NCBI GenBank assembly: GCA_022843525.1
Contig: JALHNR010000015.1
Span: 1-24,283, forward strand
Direction: 5' to 3'
From: Methylocystis sp.
Lineage (GTDB): Bacteria > Pseudomonadota > Alphaproteobacteria > Rhizobiales > Beijerinckiaceae
Length of the DNA stretch: 24,283 nucleotides
A model generated the notes under the pieces. That model did not search any database and was not told the DNA's origin. It was given only the letters and a program-made list of their open reading frames with translations. Below are positions 7,058 through 15,231 of the stretch, one piece after another. Within the stretch, counting starts at the first letter, position 1; each line of letters opens with the position of its first letter. The position numbers and the translations under genes were made by a program.

Positions 7058-9409
7058 ATGCGCAGCGCCTGCCGGTTCGCTGCTGAGTTTCAGGAGGGCG
7101 TCGTGGAAAGCGCGCGTAAACTCTGGATCACGCTCATCGCCCTGTTGGTGCTCTCCTTTGCCGTGCTTCTGCTCATCGGCCGGGAAATAAGCGTCAAGGC
7201 GCCGCCTTTGCCCGAGCGCGTCGTTACGGAAACAGGACGCACGGTCTATACCCGTGCTGACATCGAGCGCGGGCGTCAGGTCTGGCAGTCCATCGGCGGC
7301 ATGCAGCTCGGCTCCGTCTGGGGCCATGGCGGCTACGTCGCGCCAGACTGGACCGCCGACTGGCAGCACCGAGAACTCGTCGCCATCCTGGACGCCTGGG
7401 CGCGCCGCGAGTTCGCGGCCGGCCGCTACGCTGATCTCAGCGAGGAGCAGCAGAGTTCTCTGCGGGGACGGCTGCGCCCGATGATGAGGCGAAACACCTT
7501 CGATCCGAAAACTGGGACAATTACTGTTTCTGAGGAGCGCGCTCAGGCGATCGACCTCGTCTCGAGCCACTATGAGAGCCTGTTCGGCGACGATCCGCGC
7601 AGTGCGGAACTTCGCGAGAACTACGCAATGAAGAACGGCACTGTCGACGACGCCGAGCATCGGCGGGCGCTAGGCGCCTTCTTCTGGTGGACCGCGTGGG
7701 CCGCGACCACGGAGCGGCCGGGAAGCCACGTCACCTACACCAACAACTGGCCGAGCGAACCGCTGGTCGACAACCGCCCGCCTGCGACCACCTTCATCTG
7801 GTCTGCGTTCAGCGTGGTATTCCTGCTTGCCGGCATCGGCCTGCTCGGCTGGCACCGCGCCGTCAGTCATGCACACGGCGCCGAGACGTGCGATGTGCCC
7901 GCGCGTGATCCGATGCGCAACGTAAGGGTCACGCCGTCCATGCGCGCGACCGCCAAATATTTTTGGGTGCTTCTTGCCCTGTTTCTCGTCCAGATCCTGT
8001 TCGGCGCCATAAGCGCCCATTACCAGGTCGAGGGGCAGCTGTTTTACGGCTACCCGATGGCGGAGATCCTCCCCTATTCGATCACCCGCACCTGGCACAC
8101 GCAATTGGCCGTGCTGTGGATCGCCACCGCCTGGCTCGGCACTGGGCTCTACATGGCGCCGGCGATTTCCGGGTACGAGCCCAAGTTCCAGGCGCTCGGC
8201 GTCAATGTGCTCTGGATCTGCTTGCTGATCATTGTGGTCGGCGCCTTCGCGGGCCAATGGCTCGCGGTCATGCAACGGCTGGGATTGGAACACAATTTCT
8301 GGTTCGGGCATCAGGGCTGGGAGTATGCCGATATCGGGCGTTTCTGGCAGTGGTTCCTTTTTATCGGCCTGCTGCTGTGGCTCTCCCTCGTCGGCCGCGC
8401 CTTGTGGCCGGCGCTACTGGCAAAAACTGAGTCACGCTCGATCGTCGCTCTTTTCTTCCTCTCGACGGTCGCAATTGGCCTGTTCTACGGCGCGGGGCTG
8501 ATGTGGAACGAGCATACGCATCTGTCGATGGTCGAATATTGGCGGTGGTGGCTGGTTCACTTGTGGGTGGAAGGGTTTTTCGAGGTGTTCGCCACCGCGG
8601 TCGTCGCCTTCCTGTTCACCCGCCTCGGCCTGGTCGCAGTCAAGCCGGCAACTTCGGCGGTGCTGTTCGCGACGATCGTCTTTATGGCCGGCGGCGTGAT
8701 CGGCACGCTCCATCATCTCTATTTCGCCGGCACTCCGATGTCGGTGTTGGCGCTTGGCGCCAGTTTCTCCGCGCTCGAAGTCGTGCCGCTCGCCTATATC
8801 GGCTTCGAGGCCTATGAGCATTGGCGGTTCTGCGGCGCCACGCCCTGGATGCAGCGCTATAAATGGCCCGTGCTGTTCTTCATCGCGGTCTCCTTCTGGA
8901 ATCTGGTGGGAGCCGGTCTGTTCGGTTTCCTGATCAACCCGCCGCTCTCGCTCTATTACATGCAGGGGCTCAACCTGACACCGCTGCACGGCCACACGGC
9001 GCTGTTCGGCGTCTATGGGATGCTCGGCATCGGCCTCGTGTTGTTCTGCCTGCGCGGAATGATGCCCGAACTCGTCTGGAACGAGAAGATCCTCAGCATC
9101 AGCTTCTGGTGCTTCAACGTGGGGCTGGGGATGATGGCGTTGTTCACGCTCCTGCCGCTCGGCACGCTGCAACTCCTTGCCGCGATCAATGAAGGTTATT
9201 GGTACGCCCGCTCTGAGCAGTTCATGCAGCAGCCGATCGTCGATCTTCTGGTATGGATGCGCGTGCCGGGCGACACGGTCTTTTCGATAGGCGCATTGGC
9301 CTTCGCCTGGTTCGTTGTCAGCCTGTGGCTCCGGCCGCGCCGCCAGCCTCATGAAGTGGAGCAGGAGGACAGGGAACTGGAGGCGGGACCGGCGAAGCGT
9401 GCGGCGTGA
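7058..9409 (+). CDS. norB: Quinol-dependent nitric-oxide reductase, single-subunit large NorB (qNOR/NorZ)
   Basis: The length is about 770 aa, as in qNorB. It has the N-terminal NorC-like periplasmic extension without a CXXCH haem motif. A heme-copper oxidase core with the His ligands follows: HLWVEGFFEVFATA, GTLHHLYFAG and FHQLDL-equivalents. Many transmembrane segments are present. The N-terminus aligns to the qNorB consensus: KLWITL, APPLPERVV, GGMQLGSVWGHGGYVAPDWTADW, TYTNNWPSEPL. The start is uncertain between the ATG at 7058 and the GTG at 7103; an AGGAGG Shine-Dalgarno lies just upstream of the latter. Confidence 0.9.
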   Translation: MRSACRFAAEFQEGVVESARKLWITLIALLVLSFAVLLLIGREISVKAPPLPERVVTETGRTVYTRADIERGRQVWQSIGGMQLGSVWGHGGYVAPDWTADWQHRELVAILDAWARREFAAGRYADLSEEQQSSLRGRLRPMMRRNTFDPKTGTITVSEERAQAIDLVSSHYESLFGDDPRSAELRENYAMKNGTVDDAEHRRALGAFFWWTAWAATTERPGSHVTYTNNWPSEPLVDNRPPATTFIWSAFSVVFLLAGIGLLGWHRAVSHAHGAETCDVPARDPMRNVRVTPSMRATAKYFWVLLALFLVQILFGAISAHYQVEGQLFYGYPMAEILPYSITRTWHTQLAVLWIATAWLGTGLYMAPAISGYEPKFQALGVNVLWICLLIIVVGAFAGQWLAVMQRLGLEHNFWFGHQGWEYADIGRFWQWFLFIGLLLWLSLVGRALWPALLAKTESRSIVALFFLSTVAIGLFYGAGLMWNEHTHLSMVEYWRWWLVHLWVEGFFEVFATAVVAFLFTRLGLVAVKPATSAVLFATIVFMAGGVIGTLHHLYFAGTPMSVLALGASFSALEVVPLAYIGFEAYEHWRFCGATPWMQRYKWPVLFFIAVSFWNLVGAGLFGFLINPPLSLYYMQGLNLTPLHGHTALFGVYGMLGIGLVLFCLRGMMPELVWNEKILSISFWCFNVGLGMMALFTLLPLGTLQLLAAINEGYWYARSEQFMQQPIVDLLVWMRVPGDTVFSIGALAFAWFVVSLWLRPRRQPHEVEQEDRELEAGPAKRAA

Positions 9410-9421
9410 TCCGCCACTTGC

Positions 9422-9820
9422 ATGGAAGCCTATTACTTCGAGATTCGCGCTGTCCACATCGCGGCGGCGCTCGCGAGCGGCGGCTTCTACCTTATGCGCG
9501 CGCTCGCTTTAAACTTGCTCGCCGCGTCATGGCCGCTGTCGATAGTCGCGCGGCTTGCCTCCTACTCGATCGATACCGTGCTCTTTACGGCTGCCCTCAT
9601 GCTGATGGCCGTCACGCGTCAATACCCGTTTGGTGACACTTGGCTGACCATGAAGGTCGTGGTCATGCTGCCGCTCTATATTTTCCTTGGTTACTGGGCG
9701 CTCCGAGCCAAGGCGTTCAAGTTGCGGTTGGCGGCGATGGCCGGCGCGATCGCGGCTTTTCTTTTGATTTATAGCATCGCACGCACGCACAGCCCGCGGG
9801 GCGTGTTTGCGCTTGGGTGA
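9422..9820 (+). CDS. Small 4-TM membrane protein, SirB2/YchQ-like
   Basis: This 132-aa ORF has four predicted hydrophobic helices. It resembles the SirB2 family, pairing AVHIAAALASGGFYLMRA against the HIIAAFASVALFLLRG-type. It starts 10 nt after the norB stop. Confidence 0.45.
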   Translation: MEAYYFEIRAVHIAAALASGGFYLMRALALNLLAASWPLSIVARLASYSIDTVLFTAALMLMAVTRQYPFGDTWLTMKVVVMLPLYIFLGYWALRAKAFKLRLAAMAGAIAAFLLIYSIARTHSPRGVFALG

Positions 9821-9861
9821 GAAACGTCGTCAGCTTGGTCGGCCTTGCCTCGAACCCGCCT

Positions 9862-11070
9862 TTACGTCGTTGGATGCAAGCGCTTCGTCGTCAACATCCC
9901 GAAATAGAGCAGCACGAAGAGCCCGTACGCCAAGCTCCACATGCCCCCGGCGGCGGCGATCGCAGCAAAGTAATACGCGCCCGTAAAAGGGGCGCCAATG
10001 CGCAGGATGGCCGCAAATGTTATGGCGATGTAGATCGCGGCCGTTCTCTGATCTGCGACGAGCGGGCGCCCGGTGTGGCCGCGCGTTGCACGAGTCATCA
10101 CCGCGAGCGTCATTGTTCCGATGGCGCCGACGGTGAGGGCATGCAGAGGCGCTGCAGAATCCGTGGCCCAGAATAGTTTGTTGCCGCCCATGAGCAGGAA
10201 GCCCAAGGGAACCCAGCCATATCCCAGATGCAGCACGAAGAGCATCGGTTCCGCCCGCGCGCTGACGCCGCGCCAGCGGATAAGACGTAGAAAGAGCGCC
10301 GCCCCGGCGATAATCAGGAGACCCGCCGTAGGCCCCGCGTCAGGGAACGCGGCCCAGGCGATGAGCGCCACAAGCGTCGCCGCCAGCGCGAAACGATCGA
10401 AAGCGCCGAAAGGCGCCGGCTCCACTTCAGCTGGCGAATTCTTCGCGAGCCAGTTGCGGGTGAAGCTCGGCGTGATGCGCCCCCCGATGATGGCGATGAG
10501 CATGACGAGGGTCGCGACGCCGACGCGGGCCCCGATGGCGCCCGTTGCGGCAAGGCCGATCGCTTCGAGATGCGTGAGCAAATTCCCGATAAAGAGAAGC
10601 GCAAGAGCGGCCACCATGGGCAAGTTGCGCCAGTTCCGCCCCGTGGCGATCTCGCGCGCGACAACGAAGATAAAGACCGCCGGGAAAGCGAGGTCGAGCG
10701 CCGCAGAGACGAGCGCAGGCGCACTATTTGAAGTCAGGACGGCGATGCGCCCCAGCAGCCAGAGAGCGACGAGGCCGGCGAGCGGCGCGCCTTGTAAGGG
10801 CAGTCGACCGGTCCAGTTTGGAATGGCCGTCAGCAAGAATCCCGCGACGACGGCGCCGCCAAAACCGAAGGCCATTTCATGCGCGTGCCAGAGAGAGGGC
10901 GCGAAGCGTGTCGGCAGTTCGGCCGCCGCCTCCAGATAGGCGATGGAGAGCGGCAGCCCGACAGCGGCCCAGAGCGCGGCAAAAAGGAAGAAGGGGCGGA
11001 AACCCGCTGAAAGAAAGATCGCCACAGGGTTTTGACTCGCCTGAGCGCGATATCGCGGAATTGGAGGCAT
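9862..11070 (-). CDS. nnrS: NnrS family heme-copper membrane protein (NO-response)
   Basis: The 402-aa protein is polytopic with about 12 transmembrane segments. It carries the NnrS hallmark N-terminus GFRPFFLFAALWAAV ... SLWHAHEMAFGFGGAVVAGFLLTAIPNWTG. It is convergent with the norB cluster. Confidence 0.85.
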   Translation of the reverse strand: MPPIPRYRAQASQNPVAIFLSAGFRPFFLFAALWAAVGLPLSIAYLEAAAELPTRFAPSLWHAHEMAFGFGGAVVAGFLLTAIPNWTGRLPLQGAPLAGLVALWLLGRIAVLTSNSAPALVSAALDLAFPAVFIFVVAREIATGRNWRNLPMVAALALLFIGNLLTHLEAIGLAATGAIGARVGVATLVMLIAIIGGRITPSFTRNWLAKNSPAEVEPAPFGAFDRFALAATLVALIAWAAFPDAGPTAGLLIIAGAALFLRLIRWRGVSARAEPMLFVLHLGYGWVPLGFLLMGGNKLFWATDSAAPLHALTVGAIGTMTLAVMTRATRGHTGRPLVADQRTAAIYIAITFAAILRIGAPFTGAYYFAAIAAAGGMWSLAYGLFVLLYFGMLTTKRLHPTT

Positions 11071-11084
11071 CGTTGACTTCCCCT
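10460..11084. repeat. Roughly 620-bp segmental duplication of the nnrS 5' region (second copy at 18703-19324)
   Basis: The two copies align by eye with only scattered substitutions and one in-frame 3-nt indel (gccgccgcctcc versus gccgtctcc). The homology stops about 15 bp upstream of the nnrS start codon at one end and inside nnrS codon about 204 at the other end. Confidence 0.75.
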
Positions 11085-11688
11085 TTGGAATTGATGATGG
11101 GCTGGCGCTCGGTCACTAACGCACACATCGAGCGCGCAGGTCGCGAGCCTCGCGTTAGAAGCCAGCGGAATGTCACGGAGGGGAGGGGAAGATCAATAGG
11201 CCTTCTCTTGCGACACCATTCCTTCTTCTACGCGGATTCCCCGCAGATTGCGAAGGCGTTGCGAGGAAAGCGTCGCGCGCCACCGGCGTGGGTTGCGCTC
11301 GGGGCGTTCCTCGCCCTTGTGACCGCGACGACATGGATATCGACGAGCTCTTCCGCGAACCGCCGCGGGCGGCTGAGCGATAGTGGCCGAATTCGGTAAC
11401 GCGATGGCCAAGCCGAACGCGCGTCACTGCCACTCGTGGTCAAATCGCGGCGCTCCCTGATCAGTGGTGCAGGATCCGTGCAACCTCATGATGGCGCTCC
11501 GGCCAGCGCGACAAGCATATCGACTCGGTCGTCACGAGCTCCATCAGCTGCGCCTCGGTAAAATCCTCTGTCGCTGCTGGCCTTTCAGGAATTACGAAAC
11601 ACCGCGCCGTCCCGCTGCTGTCCCACACCCTGATCTCCGTTTCCTCGGGCAGTGGACGCCAACCTCGGCGAGCACTTTCCGCGGCTCG

Positions 11689-11960
11689 CGGGCCGCGCGG
11701 GCGCGAAATACCGGATCGGCAATCCCAGCACCGGCCATGGGAAGCACGAGCAAAGCGAGCAGATGATCAGGTTGTGCACCTCGGGCGCGTTAGCGACGGC
11801 CCGCAGGTGCTCGCCCTCGGCGCCGGCCATTCCCTCGGGCAGGTCGAGTTTGGCAATTGCGGCCGGGGTGTCGGCCAGGAGCCGGGCCAAGAAGCCCGCG
11901 TCGGTCCACGCTCGCACGACGATCTTTCTTGCCGTTGAGCGGACGCGGTCCTGCGGATAC
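11689..11960 (-). pseudogene. Nitrile hydratase alpha-subunit-like remnant (N-terminus missing, C-terminus divergent)
   Basis: KIVVRAWTDAGFLARLLADTPAAIAKLDLPEGMAGAEGEHLRAVANAPEVHNLIICSLCSCFPWPVLGLP aligns to NHase alpha. It retains the metal-binding C(S/T)LCSC claw motif. The expected N-terminal roughly 80 aa are absent, and the frame is not alpha-like beyond GLPIRYF. Confidence 0.5.
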
Positions 11961-11972
11961 TTGAATGGCCGC

Positions 11973-12643
11973 TCATGCAGGTTCCTCCAAGTATATCTCG
12001 AACAGTTCGGCGTAAAGCGTCTGCGCGCCGGGTTCCGCGCGCGGACCCCACAATTCGGTCGGCGTGAACTCGACGATGTAGACGGGCATTGGATCGCCGA
12101 TGCCATCGCCAGTGTGCCAGAAGTAGACACAGTCGCCTTCGAGCACCTGCGCCACCGTGCCGCTCCGCCCCCGCAGATAGCCGGGCAGGCGAGTGTGCGC
12201 GCCAACTGGGACATTTGCGATCCGGACCCGCTGCCCGACGGCGAACTTCGAATGCGCGACGTCGCGCCGCGGGCTGTCGCCGTTACGTAGATATGCGATG
12301 ATCTGCTCGTCGATGGCTTCAGCCCGATCGGATCCCCTGGCCGAGCGCCGTCCGGCCTGGCCGCTTCGCCACGCAGTTAGCTTGTCCGCGAGGCTAATTC
12401 GTCCTCGCGCAGGTATCCTTGTCGACGAGGAATGGGGATGCCGCTGAGCCACTTCTCGTAGTAACGGAATTTGAAGTAGTCGAATGGATCCATCGCCTCG
12501 GCGCCAGCGCGCAGATCCGCCCATGTCCACATGTCGCGGAAGGCGGTCGGCACGTAGGCGATCGCGCAGGCCGGCACGGACGAGTCGAGATGGCCCGAGA
12601 GAGCCATCATCGCCACATAGATGCCGAATATCCGATTTCCCAC
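11973..12643 (-). pseudogene. Nitrile hydratase beta-subunit-like remnant, split by a frameshift
   Basis: The N-terminal piece (12377-12643: WTWADLRAGAEAMDPFDYFKFRYYEKWLSGI) sits in one frame. The C-terminal SH3-like piece (within 11973-12320: QRVRIANVPVGAHTRLPGYLRGRSGTVAQVLEGDCVYFWHTGDGIGDPMPVYIVEFTPTELWGP) sits in another. Both resemble NHase beta, and the frame changes near 12330-12420. Confidence 0.5.
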
Positions 12644-12817
12644 TGCCTCGGCAGGCTGGTTCAGAAAAAAGGGTCAATTCGGATCTGGAGCGCTTTTCCG
12701 ACGTTGTCCAAAATAGGCTCAGAGTTGTGGAAGGCAAAGGCCGCAACACGCCGACGGTGGAATCGGAGGATCAGGGACGACGCGCGCGGAAGATGCGGAG
12801 CGGCGGCGAATGAGCGC

Positions 12818-13130
12818 ATGACGCCTAAAGAAGTTGTCGCGCTGGTTCTTCAAGGCGGCGGCGCGCTCGACGCCTATTAGGCGGGCCCGTTCGAGGCGCT
12901 CGCGGCGGGGGATATTGTCCGCAGTGGCTCGCCGGCATTTCGATCGGCGCGATCAACGCCGTGATCATTTGCCGCAATCATCCGGAAAAGCGCGTCGAGC
13001 GCCTGCGCGCCCTTTGGGAACGCGTGATAAGCAGGACGCCCCTTCCCTTCAATCTGGACGGATTCCTCGGTCCCATTTTTGCCAACGCCAGCGCAAATCC
13101 CCTAGCGACGGTTGGCGCGCCCGGTTTTTA
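12818..13130 (+). pseudogene. Patatin-like phospholipase N-terminal remnant (nonsense codon plus frameshift, truncated)
   Basis: MTPKEVVALVLQGGGALDAY is followed by TAG where Gln (AYQAG) is expected. After a roughly 1-nt frame change near 12910, the sequence continues WLAGISIGAINAVII, which is the GxSxG nucleophile elbow. The remainder of the gene is absent, and an ECF sigma gene on the opposite strand follows. Confidence 0.5.
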
Positions 13131-13261
13131 GGCTGCGTCTACCGCCTCCGGCCCTCTTATGGCCCTATTCAGCGCCCGGCTATCCCACCTCATATCTTCC
13201 CTTCCGAATAGTTCCATCAAGCAGACTTATGCGGCTGAGGTACGGGGCTCTCGACCCGCCG

Positions 13262-13975
13262 CTACTCTTCGCTGGCCAGCCCTTCCGCTTTACAGCGTTC
13301 GAGGACACCGGTCACGATGCGGTCGCACCGCGCGCCGGCGAAGGCGAAAACGTCGCTTAAGCCCGCGTCCATCTCCTGGGCAAGGCTTTCGCGCAACAGG
13401 CTGCTAGCTCGGAAGAAGCGCGTACGCACCGTCGCCTCGGGGATCTCCAGCGCCTCGGCGGTTTCTTCGACGCTCATCTCCTCGATCGCGCGCAGCATGA
13501 ACACCGTCCGGAAGGCCTCCGGCAGAAGGTCGATGCGCGCCTCCAAGAGCTTGCGCATCTGAACCCGCATCATCGATTGTTCTGGGCTACGCTCAGGCTC
13601 ATCGTTCAGCGCTGTCTGGGCTTCAGATTCATGGGGCGTCATGGCAGCTTCCAAAGGAATGATCTGGGCACTCTTTCGCCACAAGCGGCCGAGCGCTTCA
13701 TGGGTCGTGATCCGCACAAGCCAGGTATAGAGCTTGCTCTCGGCGCGATAGTTTCCAAGCGCGCGCCACGCCCGCAGATAGGTGTCCTGGACGACATCCT
13801 CCGCCTCCGCATCATTGTGCACGATGCTACGCGCCGTACGGAACAGAAGCTGGTTGTGCCGTCGCATGATGGCTTCGAACGCCACTCCGTCACCGTCAGC
13901 GGCGCGCGAGATCAGCTCTGCCTCCGGCGTGGTTTTCGATAAGCTATTTGCCGCCTGACGCTGAAGTGATTGCAT
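13262..13975 (-). CDS. ECF-family sigma factor with a C-terminal extension
   Basis: ELISRAADGDGVAFEAIMRRHNQLLFRTARSIVHNDAEAEDVVQDTYLRAWRALGNY matches region 2. LPEAFRTVFMLRAIEEMSVEETAEALEIPEATVRTRFFRA matches region 4. About 40 extra C-terminal residues follow, including two Cys (ARCDRIVTGVLERC). A GGAGG Shine-Dalgarno precedes the ATG at 13975, and the ORF's upstream extension reaches 13987. Confidence 0.8.
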   Translation of the reverse strand: MQSLQRQAANSLSKTTPEAELISRAADGDGVAFEAIMRRHNQLLFRTARSIVHNDAEAEDVVQDTYLRAWRALGNYRAESKLYTWLVRITTHEALGRLWRKSAQIIPLEAAMTPHESEAQTALNDEPERSPEQSMMRVQMRKLLEARIDLLPEAFRTVFMLRAIEEMSVEETAEALEIPEATVRTRFFRASSLLRESLAQEMDAGLSDVFAFAGARCDRIVTGVLERCKAEGLASEE

Positions 13976-14195
13976 TTGCGCCTCCATTCATTGAACAGGT
14001 AGGCTACCGGCGTGCCTTTGCCGGCGCTGCCGCTATAGGGATCGCGCGCGCCGCGTCTTCCGGATCGCGCAGCAATTCCATCATGCCCGCGACCATCGCG
14101 AAAGCGATCAACGCGTCGATGAGTATCACGGCTCCTTTCCGGGCGTACGGGCGATGGCGGGGCGCCGTTCCGTCGTCGCCCTTGGCGTTGTCCGA

Positions 14196-14609
14196 CTAAT
14201 GTTCGAACTTCGTTGGGAAGGCGGCGATCAAACCGTTGGTCAGGGCATCGGCCAGCATCATCATATGAGCCTCCGCCTTTCCATATTCGGCGATGCCGTT
14301 GGCATATTTGCCCTGCAAAAGCCCCGTGGCGTAGACCACAGTTGTGTCGATATGCCCCTTGAGCCTGTCGCGTACCTTGGTTTGCGGCCAGTTCTCGTTC
14401 GCCTTGGCGAGAAAATCGGCAATTTCCTGCGCGTTTGCGTAGGCGGCTGCGACGGACTTGTCGGTGGCCGGCTTGTCGCCGGCCTTGGCGGCTTTCACGA
14501 CCTCGACGGCTGCGCCGATATGCTCCTGAAGCAGCTTGGTGAGCGCGTTACCAGCTGCATCGCCATAGAAGGGCTTGATAGCGTCGCCGATATCGGGCTG
14601 GTTCTGCAT
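14196..14609 (-). CDS. Hypothetical Cys-free helical (probably periplasmic) protein, 137 aa
   Basis: The ORF has no recognisable family. Its predicted secondary structure is alpha-helical, and it is Ala/Lys-rich with a Met-rich stretch ([10 protein letters not shown]). Its ATG overlaps by 1 nt (TGATG) the stop of an upstream 43-aa ORF that is purely a signal peptide. Confidence 0.45.
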   Translation of the reverse strand: MQNQPDIGDAIKPFYGDAAGNALTKLLQEHIGAAVEVVKAAKAGDKPATDKSVAAAYANAQEIADFLAKANENWPQTKVRDRLKGHIDTTVVYATGLLQGKYANGIAEYGKAEAHMMMLADALTNGLIAAFPTKFEH

Positions 14610-14740
14610 CAGTCGCGCTGCATGTTAACGGAATAGGCGGCGGTCGGGCGGAAAACGGGAGTAGCCATAAGTGCGGCGGCGAAGCCCGCAAGGGCGAGGC
14701 GGCGATTAACGGCCGGGTGGAACATCTGCACGCGTGTCAT
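14609..14740 (-). other. 43-aa ORF encoding only a Tat/Sec-like signal peptide, probably the frameshifted 5' part of the downstream gene
   Basis: [43 protein letters not shown] has a strong AAGGAGAA Shine-Dalgarno 6 nt upstream. It ends 1 nt into the next ORF's ATG. A signal peptide with no mature domain is implausible as a standalone gene. Confidence 0.35.
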
Positions 14741-14809
14741 GACGGTTCTCCTTGGTCGATCAGTTTGCGTAGCGGCCGGTGTGATCGACTCGATGCGGCC
14801 CCGTACATT

Positions 14810-15137
14810 CGATGCGACCCTTTCGCGCTGCGTTCCCGTTGCACGAGATTTTTTTGGGGGAAAAGAGAAAGCTTCCGAGCAGGTCGAGCGGCAGAGTACG
14901 GTCAACTCTAAAACATCCTGCGACAACACAAGCGCTGGATCGTAAACGGGCTGCGGAGGCGCTAAAACTCATAGCGCCTCCGCTATCGCACCAGCGTGAA
15001 TTTACGGGGGTTCCCGACGGTACGATATTTCTGTACAGAGCGGTAGCTGCCGCTCAGTTTTTCTCCGCACTCGCGCCCTGTATATTAGATGCGACCATTC
15101 CGCGCTGCGTTCCCGATGCAGGAATATTTTTGGCTTT
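14810..15137. repeat. Two copies of a roughly 50-bp direct repeat about 280 bp apart (14810-14862 and 15089-15137)
   Basis: gtacattcGATGCGACCcTTtCGCGCTGCGTTCCCGtTGCAcgAGATTTTTTTGG is compared with gtatattaGATGCGACCaTTcCGCGCTGCGTTCCCGaTGCAggAATATTTTTGG. On the minus strand both read GGGAACGCAGCGCG.AA.GGTCGCATC. Confidence 0.5.
14943..14974. other. Strong hairpin (12-bp perfect stem, 7-nt loop)
   Basis: GCGGAGGCGCTA-aaactca-TAGCGCCTCCGC sits in the intergenic region between the split secreted-protein gene and DUF488. Confidence 0.4.
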
Positions 15138-15231
15138 AGGCGTGTGGCCGGGTTTGTTCGCTTGGGCGCGAGCATCGAGGCGTTGCTCGAAGCTCTGGCG
15201 TCGAAGCGCTGCCAATGCTGCGAGCGGCGGA

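Noticed and set aside
8432-9457. 341-aa minus-strand ORF inside qnorB (also 7670..8311 minus and 7963..8430 plus)
   Set aside because: Its composition is Arg/Glu/Asp/His-rich and of low complexity, with no motif. It is entirely antisense to a strongly supported qNorB, which makes it a typical high-GC shadow ORF.
10073-10939. 288-aa plus-strand ORF antisense to nnrS (and 18685..19179 antisense to nnrS copy 2)
   Set aside because: It is an Ala/Arg/Ser-rich shadow ORF of the NnrS gene. The NnrS frame has unambiguous family motifs.
11071-11110. FNR/NnrR/FixK box upstream of nnrS (TTGAC...TTGAT)
   Set aside because: The two half-sites are in direct rather than inverted orientation, with wrong spacing for TTGAT-N4-ATCAA. 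The sequence is not conserved upstream of the nnrS duplicate beyond 15 bp.
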